This document shows positions 13,370 to 27,702 of a stretch of 64,000 bases of DNA, piece after piece. The stretch covers positions 9,072,184 to 9,136,183 of the forward strand of contig MU058844.1 of assembly GCA_013265495.1 (NCBI GenBank), read 5' to 3'. The notes under the pieces were generated by a model. The model was given only the letters and a program-made list of their open reading frames with translations. It was not told where the DNA came from and searched no databases. The DNA comes from Vicugna vicugna. Lineage: Eukaryota. The position numbers and the translations under genes are program-made. The first letter of the stretch is position 1, and each line of letters opens with the position of its first letter.

Positions 13370-13875
13370 TCATTTTTTCCCCGATTCGTCCAACAAATAT
13401 TTTTACATATGTATAGATGCTAGGAACTGAGTCAACACCCAAATACAGTGACAATCAAGACAGATACTGTGCCTATCTTCATGGAGCTTATATTTCAGTG
13501 AAGAAATGTAATGAAATTTAGTAAAACTATATTTAAGAAATTACACATCATGACATGATATGAAGAGATGAAGCAAGAGAATGAAATAGAGAATTATGAG
13601 GCCTTAGAAGATGAGAGACCCACTTGACATAGAATAGTAAGCAAATGCTTTCCTGAAAAGGTGATATTTAAACTGTGACTTAAAGTAATAGAAAGAACTG
13701 AGCAAATAAAAGCCAAAGGAAGGGTATTCCAGGCAGAGCGCACAGCATATGCAAAGGCTTGGCGTATGAGGAACTGAAAGTAGGCTGGTGTGATTAGAGC
13801 AGAGTTTGCCAGAGAAAGACTAATACCAGATAATGTTGGAAAAATAGGGTTAAGTTCATGCAAAGCTCCATAACC
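13370..13875 (-). mobile_element. L2 LINE 3' region
   Basis: attcgtccaacaaatatttt...cttcatggagcttatattt...gaagggtattccaggcagag. Confidence 0.75.
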
Positions 13876-15300
13876 TATATATATATATATGAAATAGCAT
13901 TCATTTAATAAATGTATACATATATCTATAGAATTCAAGATAGTAGAATATTGTGAATATAATCAGATTAATAAAGAAAAGCTCTTTGAAAATATTAATG
14001 GTATCATCTTCATTCTGAGGAACTATTAGTATTATTCTGATCCTTAAATATAACTCCTACCTACTGATCTACATACCTTTAGAATCTCAGATATTTAGTC
14101 TTTTGTGCTAAAAGCGTGGCAGTTTTCTGACAGTTTAAACCATAATTAGTGACAGCGAGTGAATAAAAATTAACTTGTTAAGTGCTAACAAACGTGATAC
14201 TAATATGTGACACTGAAATTAACAGTGGCATTGTGAAAACCAAAATTTTTCATACGCTTTGGGAAAAATCTTGAAAGAATACTATTTCTTTACTTCTTTA
14301 TATCTTATATCTGCATTTTCTTCTTTTGTTTCAGTAACTTCTGCTTATTTGCCAAGACATTATTTGTCAGCCTATTGTTTTATTAGCCTTCTAAAAATCT
14401 TTCCTTTCATTAGTCTTATATTGATCTTCACTAGTAAAATTTTAATAACTGATAAGTTTTTTATTTTCTTTTCATGTATCCTTGCTTTTAGTGGCAGAAC
14501 TGCCTTATAAAATGAGACAAAGGTGAAACTCCCAATTCACAAAACATTTAAAAGCAAAATTTGTCTGGGAAACGTCAGAGCATAGACTCTGAAGCAGACT
14601 GAAACACTGTTCATTGGACGTTTCCTTAACCTCTGTCATGGCACCAGAGGCTACTCTGGGCAAATGTAGGTTCCAGAGACTTTAAAAATTATGTTCTGTA
14701 ACCTCTTTTCCTAAAATGACTATTGCTAGTCTCAGTTATTATGTTCCAGTTGGTTGCACATATTTTTCTATTATGTTATCTAAGAATTAATTGTGAATAA
14801 AATAATTAGTTACTGCTATAATTGCCATAGCAACATGTGACTATCACTATAAACATATTTAAAGCAACATGATGACTATGCACATTTCCTTCGACTTAAA
14901 ATTTTTAAATAACCAAATATAAATGAAATTAATTTTGACTTTCAGTGCTAGTCTCTTAGTGAAATCATCATGCCTTGTACAATGTTCTTCAGAAATTATC
15001 CCTATTGGATCGTACGTATTATGTTGTACTATAGTTCTCTTCAATCCAAACTGAAATGACTAAATCTTCAAAAAGAATGCATGTAATTCACATTATATTT
15101 TATATCATTAAATTGTTATGTGATAGAAATGCAATGTACTTCTAATACAGCTCATGCATTCAGGTTTGTGTTTCATTGATGCTACCCATAGTGTAATGAG
15201 GTTATCATTAAATACTATGTAAACCTGCAATCTACTAAGATTGAAGTCATCTATATGTATTAGTGACATGTATCCATAAAATAATTACATTTTCTATTAA

Positions 15301-15588
<288 letters not shown>

Positions 15589-16749
15589 TAACTGTGCTTT
15601 TGTCATTAGCATCAAGCTCCTTGTCTTCATCCGTGACTCAGCTGACTTTTGAAGTAAGTTAGTTCAGAGGGACACATTTGAGTTACAGGAAAAATCATTT
15701 TTAAAAATGCAACTGGACTGTTGCATGTATGTTGGTACTATGCATAAACATGATCTTTTTTAATACCATTAAATCTATGGTTAATCAAGGCGTCTATTAT
15801 GACATATTATAGTCCTAGTCCAGATGGCTATCTGAAATTTAATATTATCATTCAACCTTTCTCTCTCCTTCTCTCTCCTTTTCTCTGCTCACCCCACAGT
15901 CTCTCTTCTCCCTACCCCTCTGAAGTACATGGCTATACATACCAACATAGGACACTGCTAATGGACAATTAAACATATCTTGAAGTGTATATTGGATGTA
16001 CTTTATCTTTAGAGATTTCTATTAGAGTCATACGATTTTATTCTGGGGCGTTTCTAATATCTTAGCTTTGCGCACACATTTTTAAGAGTCTCTGCATGTA
16101 GCAGCATAAGGTATTAGTAGAAAAAGCTGCTTTAGGCTTTTTAAAAGTAACTGTAAGTTTCTCTTAGCTGTTACTCAAATAAGTTCTATGGACATAAATA
16201 AGCCAATATGAGTATAATGTCCTTTGGAGATTAGAAAAGCTTATGACATGATTTCAATTTTGTGAAATTTCAAAGAATGAATTTTTTAAAATTAATAAAG
16301 CTCTAGGATTTTCTAGAGTGGGAATTGGGGCACTTCATTGTAAAGTATCTGACAAGTTAGGAGCATTAAAGTCCAAACTCGAGAGTATTACTCAGTTATA
16401 TATAGGTTTTGAGCATACAGACACTTCTGCTCTATTTAATATTTATATACATATTTATTTTTATCATTGGTCTTTCAGATGTTCTCAGCACTGGGGATTA
16501 TGTGGTGTGTGTGCATAAGGATAAGTATAATTCTGTCTTCTAAATTATTAAGAGGAAATTGTATCTTATTTTTAATTTTAGCATGAGAGAAAATTAGTTT
16601 ATGAGTAATTTTGAATAAAACAAATGGATATCATATAAAAATTCCTGATAAATATAATATCAACTAACATCAAGTATCAAATAACAATTTAATATATCTA
16701 ATGTTTATTTTCACGTTATATTCCCTTTCTTATTACAAAAGTGCATTAC

Positions 16750-17140
16750 AAAGAATTTGTAAGACTTTATAGAGTATCTGTTATATGTCAGACTCCTTGG
16801 CAGACGTTTGGCACAGGAAGATAAATAAGACATTCTCCTCACAAATGTGGAGTTCATAGTTAATGTTGGAGTTTACATGTCAATAACAGAGAATGTTGAG
16901 AGTCACAAAAAAAGTTGTAACTGATTTTGCTTGAAGAAGTGATGAGAAAGTCAATATTTCTTCACAAAGGGGGTAACATTTGATCTGGGCATTAAAAAAT
17001 GTGTAAGGGTTTTTTAAGCAGAGAAATAAAGATGCTCTAAGCAATATATCAATGTGTGAACTAACCCAGAGCTATAAAGAGAGCATGGCCTGTTCAGAGA
17101 AGATTTAACAGTTCTGAATGACTTGAATGAGGAACTTGAG
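16750..17140 (-). mobile_element. L2 LINE fragment
   Basis: tttatagagtatctgttatatgtcagac...cacaggaagataaataagac...ggtaacatttgatctgggc. Confidence 0.55.
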
Positions 17141-17489
17141 AATGTGTGATTTGGGATGTTCCCTTAGATACATTCCCACATCACTTACATAAGGAATGCT
17201 TTTATGAAAAAAAAATGAATTAGAAGGCAATGAACAGCATTTAGGACAAACAACCTAATTGGGGTGAGTACATTTAAGAAGAAATGGTAGTATACATTTT
17301 AAAATCTAAAAGGGATTTACTATGTAGATGTTCAGTGAGCTTAGCATAACTAAATGAAGTACTTCATACTGTGACCCTAGGAGCAATAATTGGACTTAAT
17401 AACTCACGAGAAGTACCCGGGGCATTGGTGAGTCTAGGAGCAACTGAACTGATGATCAACTAAGTAATACTAAACAGCCTGAAGGAAAA

Positions 17490-17665
17490 GTAGTATAAGT
17501 TTGGACGCTGGAGTTAGACCTGGACAAGTAACTCAATTTCTCTGTCTCTTTCCTCCACTTTGATTGAGGAGAATAGTAATACCTACCTCACAAAGTTGCT
17601 TAATGTGCAAAGCTCCTGGCCAAAGATTAGCATATGGCAAATGCTCAGTAAATGTTAATGAATGT
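17490..17665 (+). mobile_element. MIR SINE
   Basis: ctggagttagacctgg...aatagtaatacctacctcacaaagttg...aatgctcagtaaatgtta. Confidence 0.65.
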
Positions 17666-20600
17666 TATAATTAATATCAATAAATTTCAGGCTTTGACAA
17701 AAAATTTCAAACTAAGTATAGATGTTGGTATCACTGTTGATCCACAGGCTTGTTTAAATTAGCATTTCATTTAGCTATTGAGGGGTTAATATGTGCCTAA
17801 GCACCTTCAAAAATAATTTTCCTAACCAAAAATAGCTCACAGCTTCTCATGGAGATCAGGAGAGGTGAAGAGACAGACATATAAACAAGTAATTACAATA
17901 TTCTCTTTTAAGTGCTATGGATATTATGTTAAAACCTATGTGGAAGATCAGAAGATGCAGCTAATTATATTGAGGACAAGAAACTACCAACTTTACCGCA
18001 GAAGGTTTGGAACATGTGAAAAGCTAAATAAAATGCAAAAGATACATCATAGTTGCAGGCCGTTACAATGATTGGCAGTCTTCATCATTGGAGACTTATT
18101 TACATGTCCACTGACTTGTAGGGTAGAATTTATACAATTAGCTAAGGCTAGCAGTAATTTTGACCTAACTCTCCAATATGTTTACCAAATCTGTGGGCTG
18201 GATGAAATGAGAAGTATGCGTGTGTTTTTCAATCATTCAGATATCACTGAGTATTTTTTAAAGATACACTGGATATGCATGGGAAATGTAACCAAAAACA
18301 TGCTACGTGTGTATGTGTGTGTGTGTGTATACACCCTCCATATATATTTCTGTGATCTAATATCACAGTGCCAAAACTGGACTTGAAGGTCTGATCTAAG
18401 ATTTCTTCACAATGGTTTTTGTTACAGAATTGATCATTCCAAAATAAATCACTGCCAAGCCTTAATTTCAATTTGAAATGTATGCTTCTTCCACCCAAGT
18501 TCCTCTTTATCCAACAACATATTCATCATTTGTAGGGACAGATATTTTAATCTTCAAGGATAATATTTCTCTGGCCTTGAAACATCTTTTTGGGGGGAAA
18601 AACTTCTCTTTAATTATTTTTCATACAATTATGAAGAAAAGTAACACTTGAAATTAGAAATTAAAAATTCTAGATGGACATAAATATGTTTGGAGGGTTA
18701 TACTACAGCTCTACAAACAAGCAATCACTATATCTTAGCTTAAAAACTATATAAACAATAGAATGTAACTAAACAGTGAAAAGGCAGAAAAAGTTCAGCA
18801 TAGAGCCAAGGCTATCAACTGTGTATATTTTAGAGAAAAAATTAAAACCATACTTTTTTCATGGCATATTAGACAGCTTCAAAAGAACACCAAATTCAAC
18901 AAGAAAAATAAAGGTAATTATGACATTCTGCTGGTGCTGCTCAGACAGAACAAAAAGCTACAAAGCTTGTCAGAGATACTATTTTTTCCTACCAATAGAA
19001 TTCCAGTTATGTAGACAAGATAAGATATTAAAATTCTTTATACTCTAAAAAGATTACTCCTTTGAATCCTCACTTTTTTTTTTCCTTATCAAGTTTGGCA
19101 AAGATTAGTGCACGATGAAGCAAATTCATTTTATTTATCTTAGTCCTACCCAAGAATTAAATACAAAGAGAACACTTCATTGTCATATAAAATATGAATA
19201 AAGCATTCATTATCATAAATATATTGATATTTGCAGCTTCAGTTTTTTCTTTTATAGCATAAATTCAAAATACACTCAGGAATTGTTTTTATTTTTTATT
19301 TAAGGTTCATTACTTTCTGGATAATTAATTTCAAGTTGTAAATGCTATTATAAACTTATTGATGGGTGATTTTTCATATTATTTGAAAAGCTTGTTAATT
19401 TTTACTTCTCCAGGGCTCAATATAATAAGAATATCCATGCTCAACTTGTGGTAAATACAAAATAGTTTGGAACTGCTTCTATGATTTTCAGTTTAGCAAA
19501 GAAAGGAGGGCATTTAAACTGCAATATAGCCTTGTTTCAGCCATTCCTTACATGGCTTATATGATTCTTTTTGGAACATTTCAGTGTCTCAGCATATCTT
19601 TTAAAATATGGTATCTCAACCTCTTTACTGCAGTCTGAGTGTGATCTGATTAGCGTTGTGTATGTTGAGATTAATTTACATTTACACTGTTTCTGCATTG
19701 CTGTTCTCATCAACTAGGACTTCTAGATTTTTATCAGAACACCCATATTTTATAGCCAGTATTTTAGGAAATGGACATAAAATTTTATAGTCATCCCTGT
19801 TAAATATTAAGTGCATATACTAAGATCTTTATTGGTATCTGCAGTCCACACATCAGCAGTCCTCCTCATTTTCATGCCTTTGGGATATTTGCTTTGTCTG
19901 CATGTATCCAAGTATTTCTAAAAAAGCATTGCCTTAAGTCATATCATCAAAGATTTCCTTCTGTGTAGCTCTTGTTCAGTTATTAGTCAGCATTAGCTTT
20001 ATGCATTTTTATGAACAATTGGATATTTGTCTAACAGCACTGGCACCTGGCTGCCCATCTGGCATACTTATATATCATGAAAGATCATATATGATTATCT
20101 TTGATATCAAATGTGTGTTTCTGTATGTATTACTAATATTCAGAGGATTTGAACATAGCTAAGTATAATTAATATTAAAACACCACTCAAGCATTTATTC
20201 TTTCTTATTCAAGATGTATATCAGAAGTTAATTACACCCAGTCACCTGAATATATTTCAGTTATAGTTATATAACTAAAATAATTGAGATTTTTAAAAAT
20301 TTCTAATTAGATTCCAAATTCATAGGCTATCATTTGTTTTTTCTCTGTTTGCTAACTAGAAAATAACTCCAACTTTAAAATTATTATGTATCTAGGTTTT
20401 AGATATTTTGTGTATTTAACTTATATTCCCAGTTAAATCTCTCAAAAAAAGAAAAGGACTATTAATTAAAATATACTATTAATGAATTAATAAAATTGAA
20501 GTTTATTTTAATAACTTATTTATATAATTATATATTAAAGTGCACACTGTAATAGTCTCATGGAAAATCTATGTTAATTCATAAATAATCTAACACTCAC

Positions 20601-21458
20601 CATGAATTCCATCTTAAGTTGAAGCTATAAATTTTGTTGACTTTTTTAAGGACAATTAAACTGCTGTAATCATTTATCCCAATTTCTTTCTCTGAACTTT
20701 CTTCTTTTGACAAATTTAATATGGAGCTTATCTATAGATCTGAACATATAATTGCTAAAACAATTTTAGAAGTTGTAAGAAAACAAAGATTAAAGGAAAA
20801 CTTCTCTGAGTTTCATTTATGTATGAAACATTTGGAAATCATCATTAATTTCAAACTAAAGGTGCAGAGTCTTTAATTCCACAAAATAAAATGATTTCAC
20901 CTTTGGTATCTGAAAAGTAGTTAAGAATTTCAGAGTGATTAAGTACTTTCCAATCCCTCAATAACAATGTGGACCTCTAATTCATACAAAATTAATTTTG
21001 TGAGCAATGGATCACATTTTTCGTATTCTAAGAATCCTTTGCTTTTAGACAAATGATTTTTGAAGTTAGGTACTAAATGTCAAAGGAAAACTTCCATATT
21101 ATTTTAGAGAAGTAGAAAGTTTTTGCCTGTGTCTCATGCTTAATCAGTGACTATTTTTCAGATGAATTCATAGCAAACTTTTGAACTTTGCCTCCACTTA
21201 CTATGAATCAGAATTCAGATCTTCAGCCCCCTTGGAAACTCTGTCATTGAAGCACTAGAAGGACTTGCTTACAAGAAAATCCCTTGATACAATGATACTA
21301 TGAGGTGACAAAGTAGTCCTAGTATTCCTGAGCACTTAGGGCTGTAAATACTTTAATAATTTGCCAAATGTGACCACTTTTGATAATGTTAATGGATTCA
21401 GCACAGTTTAATATGTATGGGATGTACATTACTGCACATATTTTGGTTTTTCTTCTAG

Positions 21459-21533
21459 GTAAGGGAGCGACTGAGGGTTTCTTTAGAAAGAGTCTCTGCA
21501 CTGGAAGAAGAACTAGCTGCTGCTAATCAGGAG
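21459..21533 (+). CDS. PPFIA2: Liprin-alpha-2 internal coding exon C (75 nt, phase 0/0): VRERLRVSLERVSALEEELAAANQE
   Basis: Acceptor ttttggtttttcttctag|GTA and donor GAG|gtaaca. Continues ...ALDEK/VRERLRV... in frame. Confidence 0.97.
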
Positions 21534-22135
21534 GTAACATACCAAACTTTCTCCTCTTTTGAGGTGCAATATCGCTAACATTCTATCCCTTGTGTTTCAC
21601 GTCACTTTTATTAAAACTGTCACAAAAAAATAAACTACATTCTGTACATGCCCTGAACAAGGACTTTTGAAACTAGTTGCCAGAGTCATGTTTTCTGATT
21701 CCTAGTGATTCAGAACTGTCACTAAGAGATGAAAGGAAAATCATCCAGAGCTAGTGACATGAGAGCTAGGGAGATGGGGACATAGAAAGACTGCAGTCAG
21801 AATGCCAGTCCTTGTGAGAAGTAAAACACAGCCCCCAAACTGGAAAACATGTCAAATACCTGTTATATCTACAAAGTGTTAAAATGAAGTTAACTCATTT
21901 GAGATATAATTATATTTCCCTTAGGTTCTTATTTTTCTTGTCTTCTAAAAAAGCATTGTGTCTGTGATTAGTGGCATCATTGAATCCACTCTTTTGCTCT
22001 CATTCATGACTCTAAGAAAGTATTTTATAATCATCTATGATATTTAAAGAGTTGCTTTCTTCTCTAGAAGATTTTACTTTTTCGTTATTTGTATATACAT
22101 GAACTTGGGTCATTAGACCTGATAGAGATAAATGA

Positions 22136-22187
22136 GATAGATAGATAAATAGATAGATAGATAGATAGATAGATGATAGATAGATAG
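22136..22187. repeat. (GATA)n microsatellite, interrupted
   Basis: gatagatagataaatagatagatag... read directly from the sequence. Confidence 0.95.
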
Positions 22188-22714
22188 GTCGATCGATCTC
22201 AAATTAAATGTGTTTAGGCCACTAAAATAGCCTTTTCTCTCTCTTTCCTTCTCTCTGACAGTTATTTACAAGGCTACCTTTTTTCCAGAAGTTTATCCCA
22301 GGAATGTAATTACAGATATTATTTGTAGAGGACATACTAAAACTATTTAGCAAAATCTTCCTACTTTTAAATAATTAAGGAAGTGGGAGGCTAAAGCCAT
22401 TAATTATAAGTCTTACCAAGGGATTCTTAACAAAATAATACCTACATTTACATCTCACACACAAATACGCATTCTCAACCATGCTAAAAAATGTTGTCTA
22501 GTGCAAAATCCCTTGTGTTTTAAAATAAGGTAGGCCAATTAAATGAGCCAGATAAACTAGATAATGCTTTTGTTTGTTCCAGGTTTAACAATTTAAACTT
22601 TAGAAATAATAGACTTTCAACAACAGGAAGAATGGGTTTCATGTGAATTAAAGGCTAGCAGTGTTAAAAGCATTCATCACAACACAGCAGTTTAAAAAGA
22701 GAGAAAGTTTAGAT

Positions 22715-22843
22715 GGGGAGGGTATAGCTCAGTGGTAGATTGTGCACTTAGCATGCAGGAGGTCCTGGGTTCAGTTCCTAGTACCTCTATTAAAATAAAT
22801 AAATGAACCTAATAACCTTTCTCCCCCTACCCCACCAAAAAAA
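22715..22843 (+). mobile_element. tRNA-Ala-derived SINE (camelid Vic-1-like)
   Basis: ggggagggtatagctcagtggtag...cttagcatgcaggaggtcctgggttcagttcctagtacctc plus the same tail as the 2811 copy. aaaaagagaga occurs on both sides (possible TSD). Confidence 0.88.
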
Positions 22844-24847
22844 GAGAGAGACAGAGAGACAAAGCTTTTTTGGTGACCAAATCAGTTTAGCAAACGGGAT
22901 GGCTTAAAAACAAATTAAATGGAAATAAGAAATTGGTAGATTGCTACATCTCAGTCATCACAGAAGAGAAAAACTGCTGAGAGAATGAGTATTGACAAGG
23001 AGGACTCAGTTCTTTCATGAAAGAGAACAGATAAATTATCTACAGAGTGGATATGCTTATTCCTGGAATCTTCAGGAAGAAAACATTAAATGTTGGTTCA
23101 TTTTGTATTTGTCATTGTTAATTTTGATCTTCCCAGATGTTTACATTGCTTTTGAGTGCATCTCTTGAAATACTTTATTGCTAAAGATAAACAGAAGGTT
23201 TGGTGACCGCTAATATAAAAACCTCGCTTAATATGGCAGTGATGAAGTTTCTATTTGTCATGAACAAAAGTGTCGAGACCCCTTGGCTAAAGTGCTGAAA
23301 TAAAAATGTCCCACAAGGTTAAGTGAGGCTCTGAAAATTTGCTCCAGAAACAGCGACTAAAGAATTCAATTATACTTAAAATGCAGAAACAAACTGGAGA
23401 ACAAAAGTGGAGGAAAGATTTTTGACTGTTGTCTTTAATATAGTTTAGCCCTCAAACATTAGTGTAGTCCCTAGTAGGCAGTATGGTACATTTCACTGCT
23501 TCTACATAGATTAAATAAATTTTGAATCATTAACATGAGTGCAACTACTGCAGCCTTTCTGAATGCTTTCAGTTTTCTTTTAAATCACTGTATAAAAATA
23601 AGCATATATCAACTTTAATATATTTTGTTGTTGTTGATTATAATAAATTCCCATGTGGCTTAACCCAGATCTCTATTTAGGAAATCAAAAATCCAGCAAA
23701 AAAACTTAAAAAAAAAAAACCCAAAGTTAACCTGAGCTTTCTAATAATAAATTGTTTATAAATAATTAGTGACTTTTTAAAAAGAGAGTACATAGGCAGA
23801 AGTTAACTTTTCCTTCATAATGAAATTTGTATTTCAAAACCTGCAGTTTGAGTTGATTCTCTACAGTATCAGCAATTGTTACAAGAAATCTCTAAGTCAT
23901 CATGTACTGATGATAACAAGATACATTTAGAATCCTGACAAAATAAGTTTAGAAAAGTTCATACCATTTACAGCTTTAGGAAGGGAACTAGACAGAGTGT
24001 GGATAATAGAGGAAGTAACTGAAGAAAACATTTTAGAAAATAAAGAGCAAATTTTGGGAGAAAAAAACGATAATGATTTAAGAGCACATTCTTAAGAACC
24101 AAACCAAAATATGTACATAGACAAAAACAATTCAGTACCAGCAAAAGTCCTGCATATGTGTATTTAAGCAAAGCGTTGTGGAAAATTTTATTTCATGGTT
24201 CAGATTTTAAATTAAAGTTAAAATGTATTCATAAGTATCCCTTATAATTCAAATCTACTTGTTTCCTGAGATTGTATAGCAAATGTGGAGGTGAGGGATC
24301 CACATTGTCAGAAGCAGTTTGATTCCTGAATTTCTGCTAGTGGTAATGATAGTTCAGATACTAAGGAATTTATTCAGACATTTTTCTGAATTATTTCAGT
24401 TTCCAAATTCAGAAAGGAGTAATCAGAAAGCAGGAGTTTGGACTGCAAGTAATATCTTGATATATTCATCCATACATATATATACATCTATATATATATG
24501 TGTGCATATGTAGAGAGGAAAGGTGATCCAGTAGAGTTTATTCTACCATAAGTATACTATTTAATAGAGTTTATTCTATCATCTATGTATCATTGTTCTC
24601 TTTCTGTCTCTCTCTATCTCCATCTCCGTCTCTGTCTCCCTGTATCTCTCTCACCCCTTATCCTACTCTCACACACGGTTTTGGAGTTATCACCCTTTAA
24701 CACTTTGTATATAAAAGCTCTCCCAGGGAGACTTCATCCATTTCTCTCCCATCCAAAGCTTCTACCATGACTTCTGTGAAAAAGAAACCAAATCTCTAGC
24801 TCAGAGTTTATGCTCTTTTCTGAACTCCACAAACTATTTTAAACATT

Positions 24848-25030
24848 GGGCTTTGCTAATGGTTGTACAGATTGTTCTCTGTCACAGGTGTCCAGCAGGG
24901 GTTAATCGAGGATTAAACTCCAGTTTAGAGTTTGATAATGAAGACCTGCATTAAAGGGACATTAAACTCCTACAGGGACCAATTTTTTTCGTTTACAAGA
25001 AGGCACCATATGTGCTGATGGGCCTGGATG
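24848..25030. mobile_element. MER91-like hAT MITE
   Basis: gggctttgctaatggttgtacagattgttc...acaagaaggcaccatatgtgctgatgggcctg, with partly inverted ends. Confidence 0.45.
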
Positions 25031-27454
25031 TCCACCTAGTTTTCCCAAGGGTCCCCTTAGATTCTCCATGGCACATAAATGCAGTGAAATAGACAGCCTT
25101 TTAAAAAGAATATGAGATAACTATTTGTTCAGTTCAGGAGAAGATCCAAAACGTTGTACTATACAAAAAGAATGAAGTTGCATAGAATGCTCCCCATCTT
25201 GCACAAATACAAATAATAATAATACTTTATTCTGGAACTAGAAAAAAAAATTTAGGTATAAATGCCAAACTGTTATTAGTACTTGTCTTTGATGTGCAAG
25301 TATATGTACTATATATTTCAGTAGTGTTTGATTTAAAAAATTTTTCATTATATTTATAAACTAATGAAATAATAAAGATATTTTAGAGTCAGATGCCATT
25401 TTCCATATTAGATTATTCTATTAGTTACTTAATAATCACGACAGCTAACATTTACTGAGTACTTAAAATCTCTAGGCTCCAGGCTAAATACACATCTGTC
25501 TGCTGATTAATACTGAAAGTTAGGTATTACTATTATTTTACAAGTGAGCCCAGAGAAGTTATTTCTCCTAAAATACCACTATCCTCTCCTACTTGAAAAT
25601 GTGATTATCTTTGAATTTGTCTTAACTCTCTACATTCAGGTGGTTGCAATGCATATGTTTAACTATGTCCACAGTCTACCCTACGTGTATTTACTCTCAT
25701 CTTTTCTCTTATACATTAAAACCACCATAGTTCAGATCTTCACTATTCTCAACTGAGATATTATCATAGGTTTTCTGCTATATAATTCTTCAAGGTTAAG
25801 CCTGCTAAGCAAGGCTCTAATTGAAGTAATTATTTTAAATAATATTTTCTGATATGTAATGTAATATATATCATATTAATTTATGGTATATATAACACAA
25901 TGACATAATTTATATATGCTAGTAACATAATTATATTTATTACTAGATCTGTAATATACTATTGAGGACCTCTTCAGTAGTCCTAACCTAAAAATCATCT
26001 TTAACTCCCATTACTCCTACTGCCCTAAGTCATTCGAAGGTCTTATTAAATTATAGTATTCATTGTTTTTGAAAGAAGCAACATTTTTCCTGACTCAAAT
26101 CTTACTTATGCTAATTTCTTTCTTGGAATGCCTCTACAACCTCAATTCACCCTTTGTAAACATTCTTTCTCATTTAAACTCAAGTTCAGGCATCACCTTT
26201 TTAATGAAATCTTTTATGATTATTATTAGAACTTATTGCTTCTTAGTTTAAATTACTTAATTGCATTGATTCAGCATTTAATATGACTGTTCAACAAGTA
26301 TTAGAGTTAATTATATACCCGTCTAAGCCTAGATTAAGTTCCCTGAGAAAGTGGACTGTCTGGCTCACTTGTGTTTATTTAACTCAGTACAATGATATGA
26401 ACGTTGTGATCAATGCATGTCTGTCAAATTGCATTGTATAGAGTTCATTCTACACAGTGTTTTCACGTTGTTCCTTGGCTAGTCCCTTAATAGATAGTCT
26501 GAACAACCTTAGGCATGCTCAATAAACAGCAATACATTGATTAGATGCGTGAAATTATCAGAATGTTTGTTCTTTCAAAATACAATTATTGAGCAGAAAA
26601 TTGTCTCTGACAGGAAGAAATAATAAAAAATAAAATGATAGGTGAAATACTATGCATAATGTTTATGTAGTTTGTCCTCTAGTGATGGAGGCAGACATAT
26701 AAACAGATAAGTAAGATGTAATTTAGTGCAAAACTAAGTAAGTACAAAACAGGGACCCAAACAAAGTGCAAAAGAGCAAAGAAGAAGGGTCTTTATTCTG
26801 AACCAAAGGATCAGAGAAGGCTTCGCCATTCTCTTTGCCTTTTGAAGGAAAAGGGTGATTTGGTTTCAAAACTGTAGGGAAACATTTCGGGCTGAGCAAA
26901 CACTATGATTTAAAAAAACAAAAACAAAAACAAAAACTGAAATTACCTGTTCCAAGAATAATTGATGATATTGTATTGGTAAGAATCAAGATGTGAAAAG
27001 ATGTAGAAGAGCAAGATAGAGAGAGGTTGAAAGGACTCAGGTTCTTCACGACCCTGAATACCATGCTCAGAATTTGGAATTTATGAAATGAGAACGTACT
27101 GAAGGTACAGTTTTGTTTTGTTTTGTTTTAAGGTTTTGAGTTTTGGTGAAGTGAAAACCACTGAAAATATTTTTTTTTTTCTTTTTTGTAAAGTGTGGGA
27201 TTAGGGTAGAGCAGAGCTGGAAAGTCAACCGATACGGCTAGCTAACATAATGATCTGATATGTGATTCTAATCATGACACATCAATTCAACAAACATTTA
27301 TTGAGCATTTTCTGTTTCCCAGTCATTGCATTAAGTACTGGGTATAAATATGTTAATAAAACTCAGACATTCATAAAGTAGTAGTTTTTCTCTCAAGTCT
27401 GTTATGGGAAACAGACATGGTAAAAAGTAACTATAATGGGAAGTTATTATTTAA

Positions 27455-27620
27455 TTGATCCAGAGTTTATGGGAAGATGAAAAAAATTCTCAAGATGCAT
27501 GGTGGTAATGGTTACATAACAATGTGAACGTACTTACTGCTCCTTAACTGTACATTTAAAAATGGCTAAGATGTAAATTTTATGTTATATACCTTTTACC
27601 ACAATGAATGAAAATGAAAG
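27455..27620 (+). mobile_element. L1 (L1MB-like) 3'-end fragment
   Basis: gatgaaaaaaattctcaagatgcatggtggtaatggttacataacaatgtgaacgtactt...ttttaccacaat. Confidence 0.8.
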
Positions 27621-27702
27621 TATAAGTTTTAGTAGTAGTATAAAAGAGAGTAATTAATTGTATAGGCATGAATGAGGAAAAGTAGATGGTGCTACAAAAT
27701 CT

